Origin: Eledone cirrhosa
Lineage: Eukaryota
NCBI GenBank assembly: GCA_964016885.1
Contig: OZ024749.1
Location: 11,780,001-11,844,000, forward strand
Direction: 5' to 3'
Length of the DNA stretch: 64,000 bases
Shown: positions 1-15,000 of the stretch, one piece after another
Numbering within the stretch: position 1 is the stretch's first letter
Layout: each line of letters begins with the position of its first letter
Made by a program: the position numbers and the translations under genes
The notes under the pieces: model-generated
Databases searched by the model: none
Told to the model about the DNA's origin: nothing
Seen by the model: the letters and a program-made list of their open reading frames with translations, nothing else

Positions 1-3000
1 TGTAGGAAGATATTTCACAGGTGTATAACATTGATTGTAGGAAGATATTTCACAGGTATATAACATTGATTGTAGGAAGATATTTCACAGGTATATAACA
101 TTGATTGATTGTAGGAAGATATTTCACAGGTATATAGCATTCATATATAGCATTTATTGATTGTAGGAAGATATTTCACAGGTATATAACATTGATTGTA
201 GGAAGATATTTCACAGGTATATAACATTCATTGATTGTAGGAAGATATTTCACAGGTATATAACAATCATTGATTGTAGGAAGATATTTCACAGGTGTAT
301 AACATTCATTGATTGTAGGAAGATATTTCAAAGGTGTATAACATTCATTGATTGTAGGAAGATATTTCACAGGTGTATAACATTGATTGTAGGAAGATAT
401 TTCACAGGTGTATAACATTGATTGATTGTAGGAAGATATTTCACAGGTATATAACATTGATTGTAGGAAGATATTTCACAGGTATATAACATTGATTGTA
501 GGAAGATATTTCATAGGTGTATAACATTGATTGTAGGAAGATATTTCACAGGTGTATAACATTCATTGATTGTAGGAAGATATTTCACAGGTATATAACA
601 TTGATTGTAGGAAGATATTTCACAGGTATATAACATTCATTAATTGTAGGAAGATATTTCACAGGTGTATAACATTGATTGTAGGAAGATATTTCACAGG
701 TATATAACATTGATTGTAGGAAGATATTTCACAGGTGTATAACATTCATTGATTGTAGGAAGATATTTCACAGGTGTATAACATTCATTGATTGTAGGAA
801 GATATTTCACAGGTGTATAACATTCATTGATTGTAGGAAGATATTTCACAGGTGTATAACATTCATTGATTGTAGGAAGATATTTCACAGGTATATAACA
901 TTGATTGTAGGAAGATATTTCACAGGTATATAACATTCATTGATTGTAGGAAGATATTTCACAGGTATATAACATTGATTGATTGTAGGAAGATATTTCA
1001 CAGGTATATAACATTGATTGTAGGAAGATATTTCACAGGTGTATAACATTCATTGATTGTAGGAAGATATTTCACAGGTATATAACATTGATTGTAGGAA
1101 GATATTTCACAGGTGTATAGCATTCATTGATTGTAGGAAGATATTTCACAGGTATATAACATTGATTGTAGGAAGATATTTCACAGGTATATAACATTGA
1201 TTGTAGGAAGATATTTCACAGGTATATAACATTGATTGTAGGAAGATATTACACAGGTGTATAGCATTCATTGATTGTAGGAAGATATTTCACAGGTATA
1301 TAACATTGATTGTAGGAAGATATTTCACAGGTATATAACATTGATTGATTGTAGGAAGATATTTCAAAGGTGTATAACATTCATTGATTGTAGGAAGATA
1401 TTTCACAGGTATATAACATTGATTGTAGGAAGATATTTCACAGGTATATAACATTGATTGTAGGAAGATATTTCACAGGTATATAACATTGATTGTAGGA
1501 AGATATTTCACAGGTATATAACATTGATTGTAGGAAGATATTTCACAGGTATATAACATTGATTGTAGGAAGATATTTCACAGGTATATAACATTGATTG
1601 TAGGAAGATATTTCACAGGTATATAACATTGATTGTAGGAAGATATTTCACAGGTGTATAACATTGATTGTAGGAAGATATTTCAAAGGTGTATAACATT
1701 GATTGTAGTAAGATATTTCACAGGTGTATAACATTCATTGATTGTAGGAAGATATTTCACAGGTGTATAACATTGATTGTAGGAAGATATTTCACAGGTG
1801 TATAACATTGATTGTAGGAAGATATTTCACAGGTATATAACATTGATTGATTGTAGGAAGATATTTCACAGGTATATAACATTGATTGTAGGAAGATATT
1901 TCACAGGTATATAACATTGATTGTAGGAAGATATTTCACAGGTATATAACATTGATTGATTGTAGGAAGATATTTCACAGGTATATAACATTGATTGTAG
2001 GAAGATATTTCACAGGTGTATAACATTGATTGTAGGAAGATATTTCACAGGTGTATAACATTGATTGTAGGAAGATATTTCACAGGTGTATAACATTGAT
2101 TGTAGGAAGATATTTAACAGGTATATAACATTGATTGTAGGAAGATATTTCACAGGTGTATAACATTGATTGTAGGAAGATATTTCACAGGTGTATAACA
2201 TTGATTGTAGGAAGATATTTCACAGGTATATAACATTGATTGTAGGAAGATATTTCACAGGTGTATAACATTGATTGTAGGAAGATATTTCACAGGTATA
2301 TAACATTGATTGTAGGAAGATATTTCACAGGTATATAACATTGATTGATTGTAGGAAGATATTTCACAGGTGTATAACATTGATTGATTGTAGGAAGATA
2401 ATTTCACAGGTATATAACATTGATTGTAGGAAGATATTTCACAGGTATATAACATTGATTGATTGTAGGAAGATATTTCACAGGTGTATAACATTCATTG
2501 ATTGTAGGAAGATATTTCACAGGTATACAACATTGATTGTAGGAAGATATTTCACAGGTATATAACATTGATTGATTGTAGGAAGATATTTCACAGGTAT
2601 ATAACATTCATTGATTATAGGAAGATATTTCACAGGTATATAACATTGATTGTAGGAAGATATTTCACAGGTGTATAACATTCATTGATTGTAGGAAGAT
2701 ATTTCACAGGTATATAACATTCATTGATTGTAGGAAGATATTTCACAGGTATATAACATTGATTGTTGGAAGATATTTCACAGGTGTATAACATTCATTG
2801 ATTGTAGGAAGATATTTCACAGGTATATAACATTGATTGTAGGAAGATATTTCACAGGTGTATAACATTCATTGATTGTAGGAAGATATTTCACAGGTAT
2901 ATAACATTCATTGATTGTAGGAAGATATTTCACAGGTATATAACATTGATTGTAGGAAGATATTTCACAGGTGTATAACATTGATTGTAGGAAGATATTT

Positions 3001-6000
3001 CACAGGTATATAACATTGATTGTAGGAAGATATTTCACAGGTATATAACATTGATTGTAGGAAGATATTTCACAGGTGTATAACATTGATTGTAGGAAGA
3101 TATTTCACAGGTATATAACATTGATTGTAGGAAGATATTTCACAGGTGTATAACATTCATTGATTGTAGGAAGATATTTCACAGGTATATAACATTGATT
3201 GTAGGAAGATATTTCACAGGTATATAACATTGATTGATTGTAGGAAGATATTTCACAGGTATATAACATTGATTGTAGGAAGATATTTCACAGGTATATA
3301 ACATTGATTGTAGGAAGATATTTCACAGGTGTATAACATTCATTGATTGTAGGAAGATATTTCACAGGTATATAACATTGATTGTAGGAAGATATTTCAC
3401 AGCTGTATAACATTCATTGATTGTAGGAAGATATTTCACAGGTATATAACATTGATTGTAGGAAGATATTTCACAGGTGTATAACATTCATTGATTGTAG
3501 GAAGATATTTCACAGGTATATAACATTGATTGTAGGAAGATATTTCACAGGTGTATAACATTGATTGTAGGAAGATATTTCACAGGTGTATAACATTGAT
3601 TGTAGGAAGATATTTCACAGGTATATAACATTGATTGTAGGAAGATATTTCACAGGTGTATAACATTGATTGTAGGAAGATATTTCACAGGTATATAACA
3701 TTGATTGTAGGAAGATATTTCACATGTATATAACATTGATTGATTGTAGGAAGATATTTCACAGGTATATAGCATTCATATATAGCATTTATTGATTGTA
3801 GGAAGATATTTCACAGGTATATAACATTGATTGTAGGAAGATATTTCACAGGTATATAACATTCATTGATTGTAGGAAGATATTTCACAGGTATATAACA
3901 ATCATTGATTGTAGGAAGATATTTCACAGGTGTATAACATTCATTGATTGTAGGAAGATATTTCAAAGGTGTATAACATTCATTGATTGTAGGAAGATAT
4001 TTCACAGGTGTATAACATTGATTGTAGGAAGATATTTCACAGATGTATAACATTGATTGATTGTAGGAAGATATTTCACAGGTATATAACATTGATTGTA
4101 GGAAGATATTTCACAGGTATATAACATTGATTGTAGGAAGATATTTCATAGGTGTATAACATTGATTGTAGGAAGATATTTCACAGGTGTATAACATTCA
4201 TTGATTGTAGGAAGATATTTCACAGGTATATAACATTGATTGTAGGAAGATATTTCACAGGTATATAACATTCATTAATTGTAGGAAGATATTTCACAGG
4301 TGTATAACATTGATTGTAGGAAGATATTTCACAGGTATATAACATTGATTGTAGGAAGATATTTCACAGGTGTATAACATTCATTGATTGTAGAAGATAT
4401 TTCACAGGTGTATAACATTCATTGATTGTAGGAAGATATTTCACAGGTGTATAACATTCATTGATTGTAGGAAGATATTTCACAGGTGTATAACATTCAT
4501 TGATTGTAGGAAGATATTTCACAGGTATATAACATTGATTGTAGGAAGATATTTCACAGGTATATAACATTCATTGATTGTAGGAAGATATTTCACAGGT
4601 ATATAACATTGATTGATTGTAGGAAGATATTTCACAGTGTATATAACATTGATTGTAGGAAGATATTTCACAGGTGTATAACATTCATTGATTGTAGGAA
4701 GATATTTCACAGGGTATATAACATTGATTGTAGGAAGATATTTCACAGGTAGTATAGCATTCATTGATTGTAGGAAGATATTTCACAGGTATATAACATT
4801 GATTGTAGGAAGATATTTCACAGGTATATAACATTGATTGTAGGAAGATATTTCACAGGTATATAACATTGATTGTAGGAAGATATTTCACAGGTGTATA
4901 GCATTCATTGATTGTAGGAAGATATTTCACAGGTATATAACATTGATTGTAGGAAGATATTTCACAGGTATATAACATTGATTGATTGTAGGAAGATATT
5001 TCAAAGGTGTATAACATTCATTGAATTGTAGGAAGATATTTCACAGGTATATAACATTGATTGTAGGAAGATATTTCACAGGTATATAACATTGATTGTA
5101 GGAAGATATTTCACAGGTATATAACATTGATTGTAGGAAGATATTTCACAGGTATATAACATTGATTGTAGGAAGATATTTCACAGGTATATAACATTGA
5201 TTGTAGGAAGATATTTCACAGGTATATAACATTGATTGTAGGAAGATATTTCACAGGTATATAACATTGATTGTAGGAAGATATTTCACAGGTATATAAC
5301 ATTGATTGTAGGAAGATATTTCAAAGGTGTATAACATTGATTGTAGTAAGATATTTCACAGGTATATAATCATTGATTGTAGGAAGATATTTCACAGGTG
5401 TATAACATTGATTGTAGGAAGATATTTCACAGGTGTATAACATTGATTGTAGGAAGATATTTCACAGGTATATAACATTGATTGATTGTAGGAAGATATT
5501 TCACAGGTATATAACATTGATTGTAGGAAGATATTTCACAGGTATATAACATTGATTGTAGGAAGATATTTCACAGGTATATAACATTGATTGATTGTAG
5601 GAAGATATTTCACAGGTATATAACATTGATTGTAGGAAGATATTTCACAGGTGTATAACATTGATTGTAGGAAGATATTTCACAGGTGTATAACATTGAT
5701 TGTAGGAAGATATTTCACAGGTGTATAACATTGATTGTAGGAAGATATTTCACAGGTATATAACATTGATTGTAGGAAGATATTTCACAGGTGTATAACA
5801 TTGATTGTAGGAAGATATTTCACAGGTGTATAACATTGATTGTAGGAAGATATTTCACAGGTATATAACATTGATTGTAGGAAGATATTTCACAGGTGTA
5901 TAACATTGATTGTAGGAAGATATTTCACAGGTATATAACATTGATTGTAGGAAGATATTTCACAGGTATATAACATTGATTGATTGTAGGAAGATATTTC

Positions 6001-9000
6001 ACAGGTGTATAACATTGATTGATTGTAGGAAGATATTTCACAGGTATATAACATTGATTGTAGGAAGATATTTCACAGGTATATAACATTGATTGATTGT
6101 AGGAAGATATTTCACAGGTGTATAACATTCATTGATTGTAGGAAGATATTTCACAGGTATACAACATTGATTGTAGGAAGATATTTCACAGGTATATAAC
6201 ATTGATTGATTGTAGGAAGATATTTCACAGGTATATAACATTCATTGATTATAGGAAGATATTTCACAGGTATATAACATTGATTGTAGGAAGATATTTC
6301 ACAGGTGTATAACATTCATTGATTGTAGGAAGATATTTCACAGGTATATAACATTCATTGATTGTAGGAAGATATTTCACAGGTATATAACATTGATTGT
6401 TGGAAGATATTTCACAGGTGTATAACATTCATTGATTGTAGGAAGATATTTCACAGGTATATAACATTGATTGTAGGAAGATATTTCACAGGTGTATAAC
6501 ATTCATTGATTGTAGGAAGATATTTCACAGGTATATAACATTCATTGATTGTAGGAAGATATTTCACAGGTATATAACATTGATTGTAGGAAGATATTTC
6601 ACAGGTGTATAACATTGATTGTAGGAAGATATTTCACAGGTATATAACATTGATTGTAGGAAGATATTTCACAGGTATATAACATTGATTGTAGGAAGAT
6701 ATTTCACAGGTGTATAACATTGATTGTAGGAAGATATTTCACAGGTATATAACATTGATTGTAGGAAGATATTTCACAGGTGTATAACATTCATTGATTG
6801 TAGGAAGATATTTCACAGGTATATAACATTGATTGTAGGAAGATATTTCACAGGTATATAACATTGATTGATTGTAGGAAGATATTTCACAGGTATATAA
6901 CATTGATTGTAGGAAGATATTTCACAGGTATATAACATTGATTGTAGGAAGATATTTCACAGGTATATAACATTGATTGTAGGAAGATATTTCACAGGTA
7001 TATAACATTCATTAATTGTAGGAAGATATTTCACAGGTGTATAACATTGATTGTAGGAAGATATTTCACAGGTATATAACATTGATTGTAGGAAGATATT
7101 TCACAGGTGTATAACATTCATTGATTGTAGGAAGATATTTCACAGGTGTATAACATTCATTGATTGTAGGAAGATATTTCACAGGTGTATAACATTCATT
7201 GATTGTAGGAAGATATTTCACAGGTGTATAACATTCATTGATTGTAGGAAGATATTTCACAGGTATATAACATTGATTGTAGGAAGATATTTCACAGGTA
7301 TATAACATTCATTGATTGTAGGAAGATATTTCACAGGTATATAACATTGATTGATTGTAGGAAGATATTTCACAGGTATATAACATTGATTGTAGGAAGA
7401 TATTTCACAGGTGTATAACATTCATTGATTGTAGGAAGATATTTCACAGGTATATAACATTGATTGTAGGAAGATATTTCACAGGTGTATAGCATTCATT
7501 GATTGTAGGAAGATATTTCACAGGTATATAACATTGATTGTAGGAAGATATTTCACAGGTATATAACATTGATTGTAGGAAGATATTTCACAGGTATATA
7601 ACATTGATTGTAGGAAGATATTACACAGGTGTATAGCATTCATTGATTGTAGGAAGATATTTCACAGGTATATAACATTGATTGTAGGAAGATATTTCAC
7701 AGGTATATAACATTGATTGATTGTAGGAAGATATTTCAAAGGTGTATAACATTCATTGATTGTAGGAAGATATTTCACAGGTATATAACATTGATTGTAG
7801 GAAGATATTTCACAGGTATATAACATTGATTGTAGGAAGATATTTCACAGGTATATAACATTGATTGTAGGAAGATATTTCACAGGTATATAACATTGAT
7901 TGTAGGAAGATATTTCACAGGTATATAACATTGATTGTAGGAAGATATTTCACAGGTATATAACATTGATTGTAGGAAGATATTTCACAGGTATATAACA
8001 TTGATTGTAGGAAGATATTTCACAGGTGTATAACATTGATTGTAGGAAGATATTTCAAAGGTGTATAACATTGATTGTAGTAAGATATTTCACAGGTGTA
8101 TAACATTCATTGATTGTAGGAAGATATTTCACAGGTGTATAACATTGATTGTAGGAAGATATTTCACAGGTGTATAACATTGATTGTAGGAAGATATTTC
8201 ACAGGTATATAACATTGATTGATTGTAGGAAGATATTTCACAGGTATATAACATTGATTGTAGGAAGATATTTCACAGGTATATAACATTGATTGTAGGA
8301 AGATATTTCACAGGTATATAACATTGATTGATTGTAGGAAGATATTTCACAGGTATATAACATTGATTGTAGGAAGATATTTCACAGGTGTATAACATTG
8401 ATTGTAGGAAGATATTTCACAGGTGTATAACATTGATTGTAGGAAGATATTTCACAGGTGTATAACATTGATTGTAGGAAGATATTTCACAGGTATATAA
8501 CATTGATTGTAGGAAGATATTTCACAGGTGTATAACATTGATTGTAGGAAGATATTTCACAGGTGTATAACATTGATTGTAGGAAGATATTTCACAGGTA
8601 TATAACATTGATTGTAGGAAGATATTTCACAGGTGTATAACATTGATTGTAGGAAGATATTTCACAGGTATATAACATTGATTGTAGGAAGATATTTCAC
8701 AGGTATATAACATTGATTGATTGTAGGAAGATATTTCACAGGTGTATAACATTGATTGATTGTAGGAAGATATTTCACAGGTATATAACATTGATTGTAG
8801 GAAGATATTTCACAGGTATATAACATTGATTGATTGTAGGAAGATATTTCACAGGTGTATAACATTCATTGATTGTAGGAAGATATTTCACAGGTATACA
8901 ACATTGATTGTAGGAAGATATTTCACAGGTATATAACATTGATTGATTGTAGGAAGATATTTCACAGGTATATAACATTCATTGATTATAGGAAGATATT

Positions 9001-12000
9001 TCACAGGTATATAACATTGATTGTAGGAAGATATTTCACAGGTGTATAACATTCATTGATTGTAGGAAGATATTTCACAGGTATATAACATTCATTGATT
9101 GTAGGAAGATATTTCACAGGTATATAACATTGATTGTTGGAAGATATTTCACAGGTGTATAACATTCATTGATTGTAGGAAGATATTTCACAGGTATATA
9201 ACATTGATTGTAGGAAGATATTTCACAGGTGTATAACATTCATTGATTGTAGGAAGATATTTCACAGGTATATAACATTCATTGATTGTAGGAAGATATT
9301 TCACAGGTATATAACATTGATTGTAGGAAGATATTTCACAGGTGTATAACATTGATTGTAGGAAGATATTTCACAGGTATATAACATTGATTGTAGGAAG
9401 ATATTTCACAGGTATATAACATTGATTGTAGGAAGATATTTCACAGGTGTATAACATTGATTGTAGGAAGATATTTCACAGGTATATAACATTGATTGTA
9501 GGAAGATATTTCACAGGTGTATAACATTCATTGATTGTAGGAAGATATTTCACAGGTATATAACATTGATTGTAGGAAGATATTTCACAGGTATATAACA
9601 TTGATTGATTGTAGGAAGATATTTCACAGGTATATAACATTGATTGTAGGAAGATATTTCACAGGTATATAACATTGATTGTAGGAAGATATTTCACAGG
9701 TATATAACATTGATTGTAGGAAGACATTTCACAGGTGTATAACATTGATTGTAGGAAGATATTTCACAGGTATATAACATTGATTGTAGGAAGATATTTC
9801 ACAGGTATATAACATTGATTGTAGGAAGATATTTCACAGGTATATAATATTGATTGTAGGAAGATATTTCACAGGTATATAACATTGATTGTAGGAAGAT
9901 ATTTCACAGGTGTATATCATTCATTGATTGTAGGAAGATATTTCACAGGTATATAACATTGATTGTAGGAAGATATTTCACAGGTATATAACATTGATTG
10001 TAGGAAGATATTTCACAGGTGTATAACATTGATTGTAGGAAGATATTTCACAGGTATATAACATTGATTGTAGGAAGATATTTCACAGCTGTATAACATT
10101 GATTGTAGGAAGATATTTCACAGGTGTATAACATTCATTGATTGTAGGAAGATATTTCACAGGTATATAACATTGATTGTAGGAAGATATTTCACAGGTG
10201 TATAGCATTCATTGATTGTAGGAAGATATTTCACAGGTATATAACATTGATTGTAGGAAGATATTTCACAGGTATATAACATTGATTGCAGGAAGATATT
10301 TCACAGGTATATAACATTGATTGTAGGAAGATATTACACAGGTGTATAGCATTCATTGATTGTAGGAAGATATTTCACAGGTATATAACATTGATTGTAG
10401 GAAGATATTTCACAGGTATATAACATTGATTGATTGTAGGAAGATATTTCAAAGGTGTATAACATTCATTGATTGTAGGAAGATATTTCACAGGTATATA
10501 ACATTGATTGTAGGAAGATATTTCACAGGTATATAACATTGATTGATTGTAGGAAGATATTTCACAGGTATATAACATTGATTGTAGGAAGATATTTCAC
10601 AGGTATATAACATTGATTGTAGGAAGATATTTCACAGGTATATAACATTGATTGATTGTAGGAAGATATTTCACAGGTATATAACATTGATTGTAGGAAG
10701 ATATTTCACATGTGTATAACATTGATTGTAGGAAGATATTTCACAGGTGTATAACATTGATTGTAGGAAGATATTTCACAGGTGTATAACATTGATTGTA
10801 GGAAGATATTTCACAGGTATATAACATTGATTGTAGGAAGATATTTCACAGGTGTATAACATTGATTGTAGGAAGATATTTCACAGGTGTATAACATTGA
10901 TTGTAGGAAGATATTTCACAGGTATATAACATTGATTGTAGGAAGATATTTCACAGGTGTATAACATTGATTGTAGGAAGATATTTCACAGGTATATAAC
11001 ATTGATTGTAGGAAGATATTTCACAGGTATATAACATTGATTGTAGGAAGATATTTCACAGGTATATAACATTGATTGTAGGAAGATATTTCACAGGTGT
11101 ATAACATTCATTGATTGTAGGAAGATATTTCACAGGTATATAACATTGATTGTAGGAAGATATTTCACAGGTGTATAACATTGATTGTAGGAAGATATTT
11201 CACAGGTGTATAACATTGATTGTAGGAAGATATTTCACAGGTATATAACATTGATTGATTGTAGGAAGATATTTCACAGGTATATAACATTGATTGTAGG
11301 AAGATATTTCACAGGTATATAACATTGATTGTAGGAAGATATTTCACAGGTATATAACATTGATTGATTGTAGGAAGATATTTCACAGGTATATAACATT
11401 GATTGTAGGAAGATATTTCACAGGTGTATAACATTGATTGTAGGAAGATATTTCACAGGTGTATAACATTGATTGTAGGAAGATATTTCACAGGTGTATA
11501 ACATTGATTGTAGGAAGATATTTCACAGGTATATAACATTGATTGTAGGAAGATATTTCACAGGTGTATAACATTGATTGTAGGAAGATATTTCACAGGT
11601 GTATAACATTGATTGTAGGAAGATATTTCACAGGTATATAACATTGATTGTAGGAAGATATTTCACAGGTGTATAACATTGATTGTAGGAAGATATTTCA
11701 CAGGTATATAACATTCATTGATTGTAGGAAGATATTTCACAGGTATATAACATTGATTGTAGGAAGATATTTCACAGGTGTATAACATTGATTGTAGGAA
11801 GATATTTCACAGGTATATAACATTGATTGTAGGAAGATATTTCACAGGTATATAACATTGATTGATTGTAGGAAGATATTTCACAGGTGTATAACATTCA
11901 TTGATTGTAGGAAGATATTTCACAGGTATATAACATTGATTGTAGGAAGATATTTCACAGGTATATAACATTGATTGTAGGAAGATATTTCACAGGTATA

Positions 12001-15000
12001 TAACATTGATTGTAGGAAGATATTTCACAGGTGTATAACATTCATTGATTGTAGGAAGATATTTCACAGGTATATAACATTGATTGTAGGAAGATATTTC
12101 ACAGGTGTATAACATTGATTGTCGGAAGATATTTCACAGGTGTATAACATTGATTGTAGGAAGATATTTCACAGGTATATAACATTGATTGATTGTAGGA
12201 AGATATTTCACAGGTGTATAACATTCATTGATTGTAGGAAGATATTTCACAGGTATATAACATTGATTGTAGGAAGATATTTCACAGGTATATAACATTG
12301 ATTGACTGTAGGAAGATATTTCACAGGTATATAACATTGATTGTAGGAAGATATTTCACAGGTGTATAACATTGATTGTAGGAAGATATTTCACAGGTGT
12401 ATAACATTGATTGTAGGAAGATATTTCACAGGTATATAACATTGATTGTAGGAAGATATTTCACAGGTATATAACATTGATTGTAGGAAGATATTTCACA
12501 GGTATATAACATTGATTGATTGTAGGAAGATATTTCACAGGTATATAACATTGATTGTAGGAAGATATTTCACAGGTATATAACATTGATTGTAGGAAGA
12601 TATTTCACAGGTGTATAACATTGATTGTAGGAAGATATTTCACAGGTATATAACATTGATTGTAGGAAGATATTTCACAGGTATATAACATTGATTGATT
12701 GTAGGAAGATATTTCACAGGTGTATAACATTCATTGATTGTAGGAAGATATTTCACAGGTATATAACATTGATTGTAGGAAGATATTTCACAGGTATATA
12801 ACATTGATTGATTGTAGGAAGATATTTCACAGGTATATAACATTCATTGATTGTAGGAAGATATTTCACAGGTATATAACATTGATTGTAGGAAGATATT
12901 TCACAGGTGTATAACATTGATTGTAGGAAGATATTTCACAGGTATATCACATTCATTGATTGTAGGAAGATATTTCACAGGTATATAACATTGATTGATT
13001 GTAGGAAGATATTTCACAGGTATATAACATTGATTGATTGTAGGAAGATATTTCACAGGTATATAACATTGATTGTAGGAAGATATTTCACAGGTATATA
13101 ACATTGATTGTAGGAAGATATTTCACAGGTGTATAACATTCATTGATTGTAGGAAGATATTTCACAGGTATATAACATTGATTGTAGGAAGATATTTCAC
13201 AGGTATATAACATTGATTGTAGGAAGATATTTCACAGCTGTATAACATTCATTGATTGTAGGAAGATATTTCACAGGTATATAACATTGATTGTAGGAAG
13301 ATATTTCACAGGTGTATAACATTCATTGATTGTAGGAAGATATTTCACAGGTATATAACATTGATTGTAGGAAGATATTTCACAGGTGTATAACATTGAT
13401 TGTAGGAAGATATTTCACAGGTGTATAACATTGATTGTAGGAAGATATTTCACAGGTATATAACATTGATTGTAGGAAGATATTTCACAGGTGTATAACA
13501 TTGATTGTAGGAAGATATTTCACAGGTATATAACATTGATTGTAGGAAGATATTTCACAGGTATATAACATTGATTGATTGTAGGAAGATATTTCACAGG
13601 TATATAGCATTCATATATAGCATTTATTGATTGTAGGAAGATATTTCACAGGTATATAACATTGATTGTAGGAAGATATTTCACAGGTATATAACATTCA
13701 TTGATTGTAGGAAGATATTTCACAGGTATATAACATTCATTGATTGTAGGAAGATATTTCACAGGTGTATAACATTCATTGATTGTAGGAAGATATTTCA
13801 AAGGTGTATAACATTCATTGATTGTAGGAAGATATTTCACAGGTGTATAACATTGATTGTAGGAAGATATTTCACAGGTGTATAACATTGATTGATTGTA
13901 GGAAGATATTTCACAGGTATATAACATTGATTGTAGGAAGATATTTCACAGGTATATAACATTGATTGTAGGAAGATATTTCATAGGTGTATAACATTGA
14001 TTGTAGGAAGATATTTCACAGGTGTATAACATTCATTGATTGTAGGAAGATATTTCACAGGTATATAACATTGATTGTAGGAAGATATTTCACAGGTATA
14101 TAACATTCATTGATTGTAGGAAGATATTTCACAGGTGTATAACATTGATTGTAGGAAGATATTTCACAGGTATATAACATTGATTGTAGGAAGATATTTC
14201 ACAGGTGTATAACATTCATTGATTGTAGGAAGATATTTCACAGGTGTATAACATTCATTGATTGTAGGAAGATATTTCACAGGTGTATAACATTCATTGA
14301 TTGTAGGAAGATATTTCACAGGTGTATAACATTCATTGATTGTAGGAAGATATTTCACAGGTATATAACATTGATTGTAGGAAGATATTTCACAGGTATA
14401 TAACATTCATTGATTGTAGGAAGATATTTCACAGGTATATAACATTGATTGATTGTAGGAAGATATTTCACAGGTATATAACATTGATTGTAGGAAGATA
14501 TTTCACAGGTGTATAACATTCATTGATTGTAGGAAGATATTTCACAGGTATATAACATTGATTGTAGGAAGATATTTCACAGGTGTATAGCATTCATTGA
14601 TTGTAGGAAGATATTTCACAGGTATATAACATTGATTGTAGGAAGATATTTCACAGGTATATAACATTGATTGTAGGAAGATATTTCACAGGTATATAAC
14701 ATTGATTGTAGGAAGATATTACACAGGTGTATAGCATTCATTGATTGTAGGAAGATATTTCACAGGTATATAAAATTGATTGTAGGAAGATATTTCACAG
14801 GTATATAACATTGATTGATTGTAGGAAGATATTTCAAAGGTGTATAACATTCATTGATTGTAGGAAGATATTTCACAGGTATATAACATTGATTGTAGGA
14901 AGATATTTCACAGGTATATAACATTGATTGTAGGAAGATATTTCACAGGTATATAACATTGATTGTAGGAAGATATTTCACAGGTATATAACATTGATTG

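Noticed and set aside
4380-5030. Cluster of unique 1-bp indels (TGTAGAAG ~4391, CACAGTGTAT ~4632, CAGGGTA ~4710, GGTAGTATAG ~4748, TTGAATTG ~5021; also GATAATTTC ~2398)
   Set aside because: These are singletons absent from the paralogous blocks and clustered in one stretch, so most likely long-read consensus errors rather than biology.
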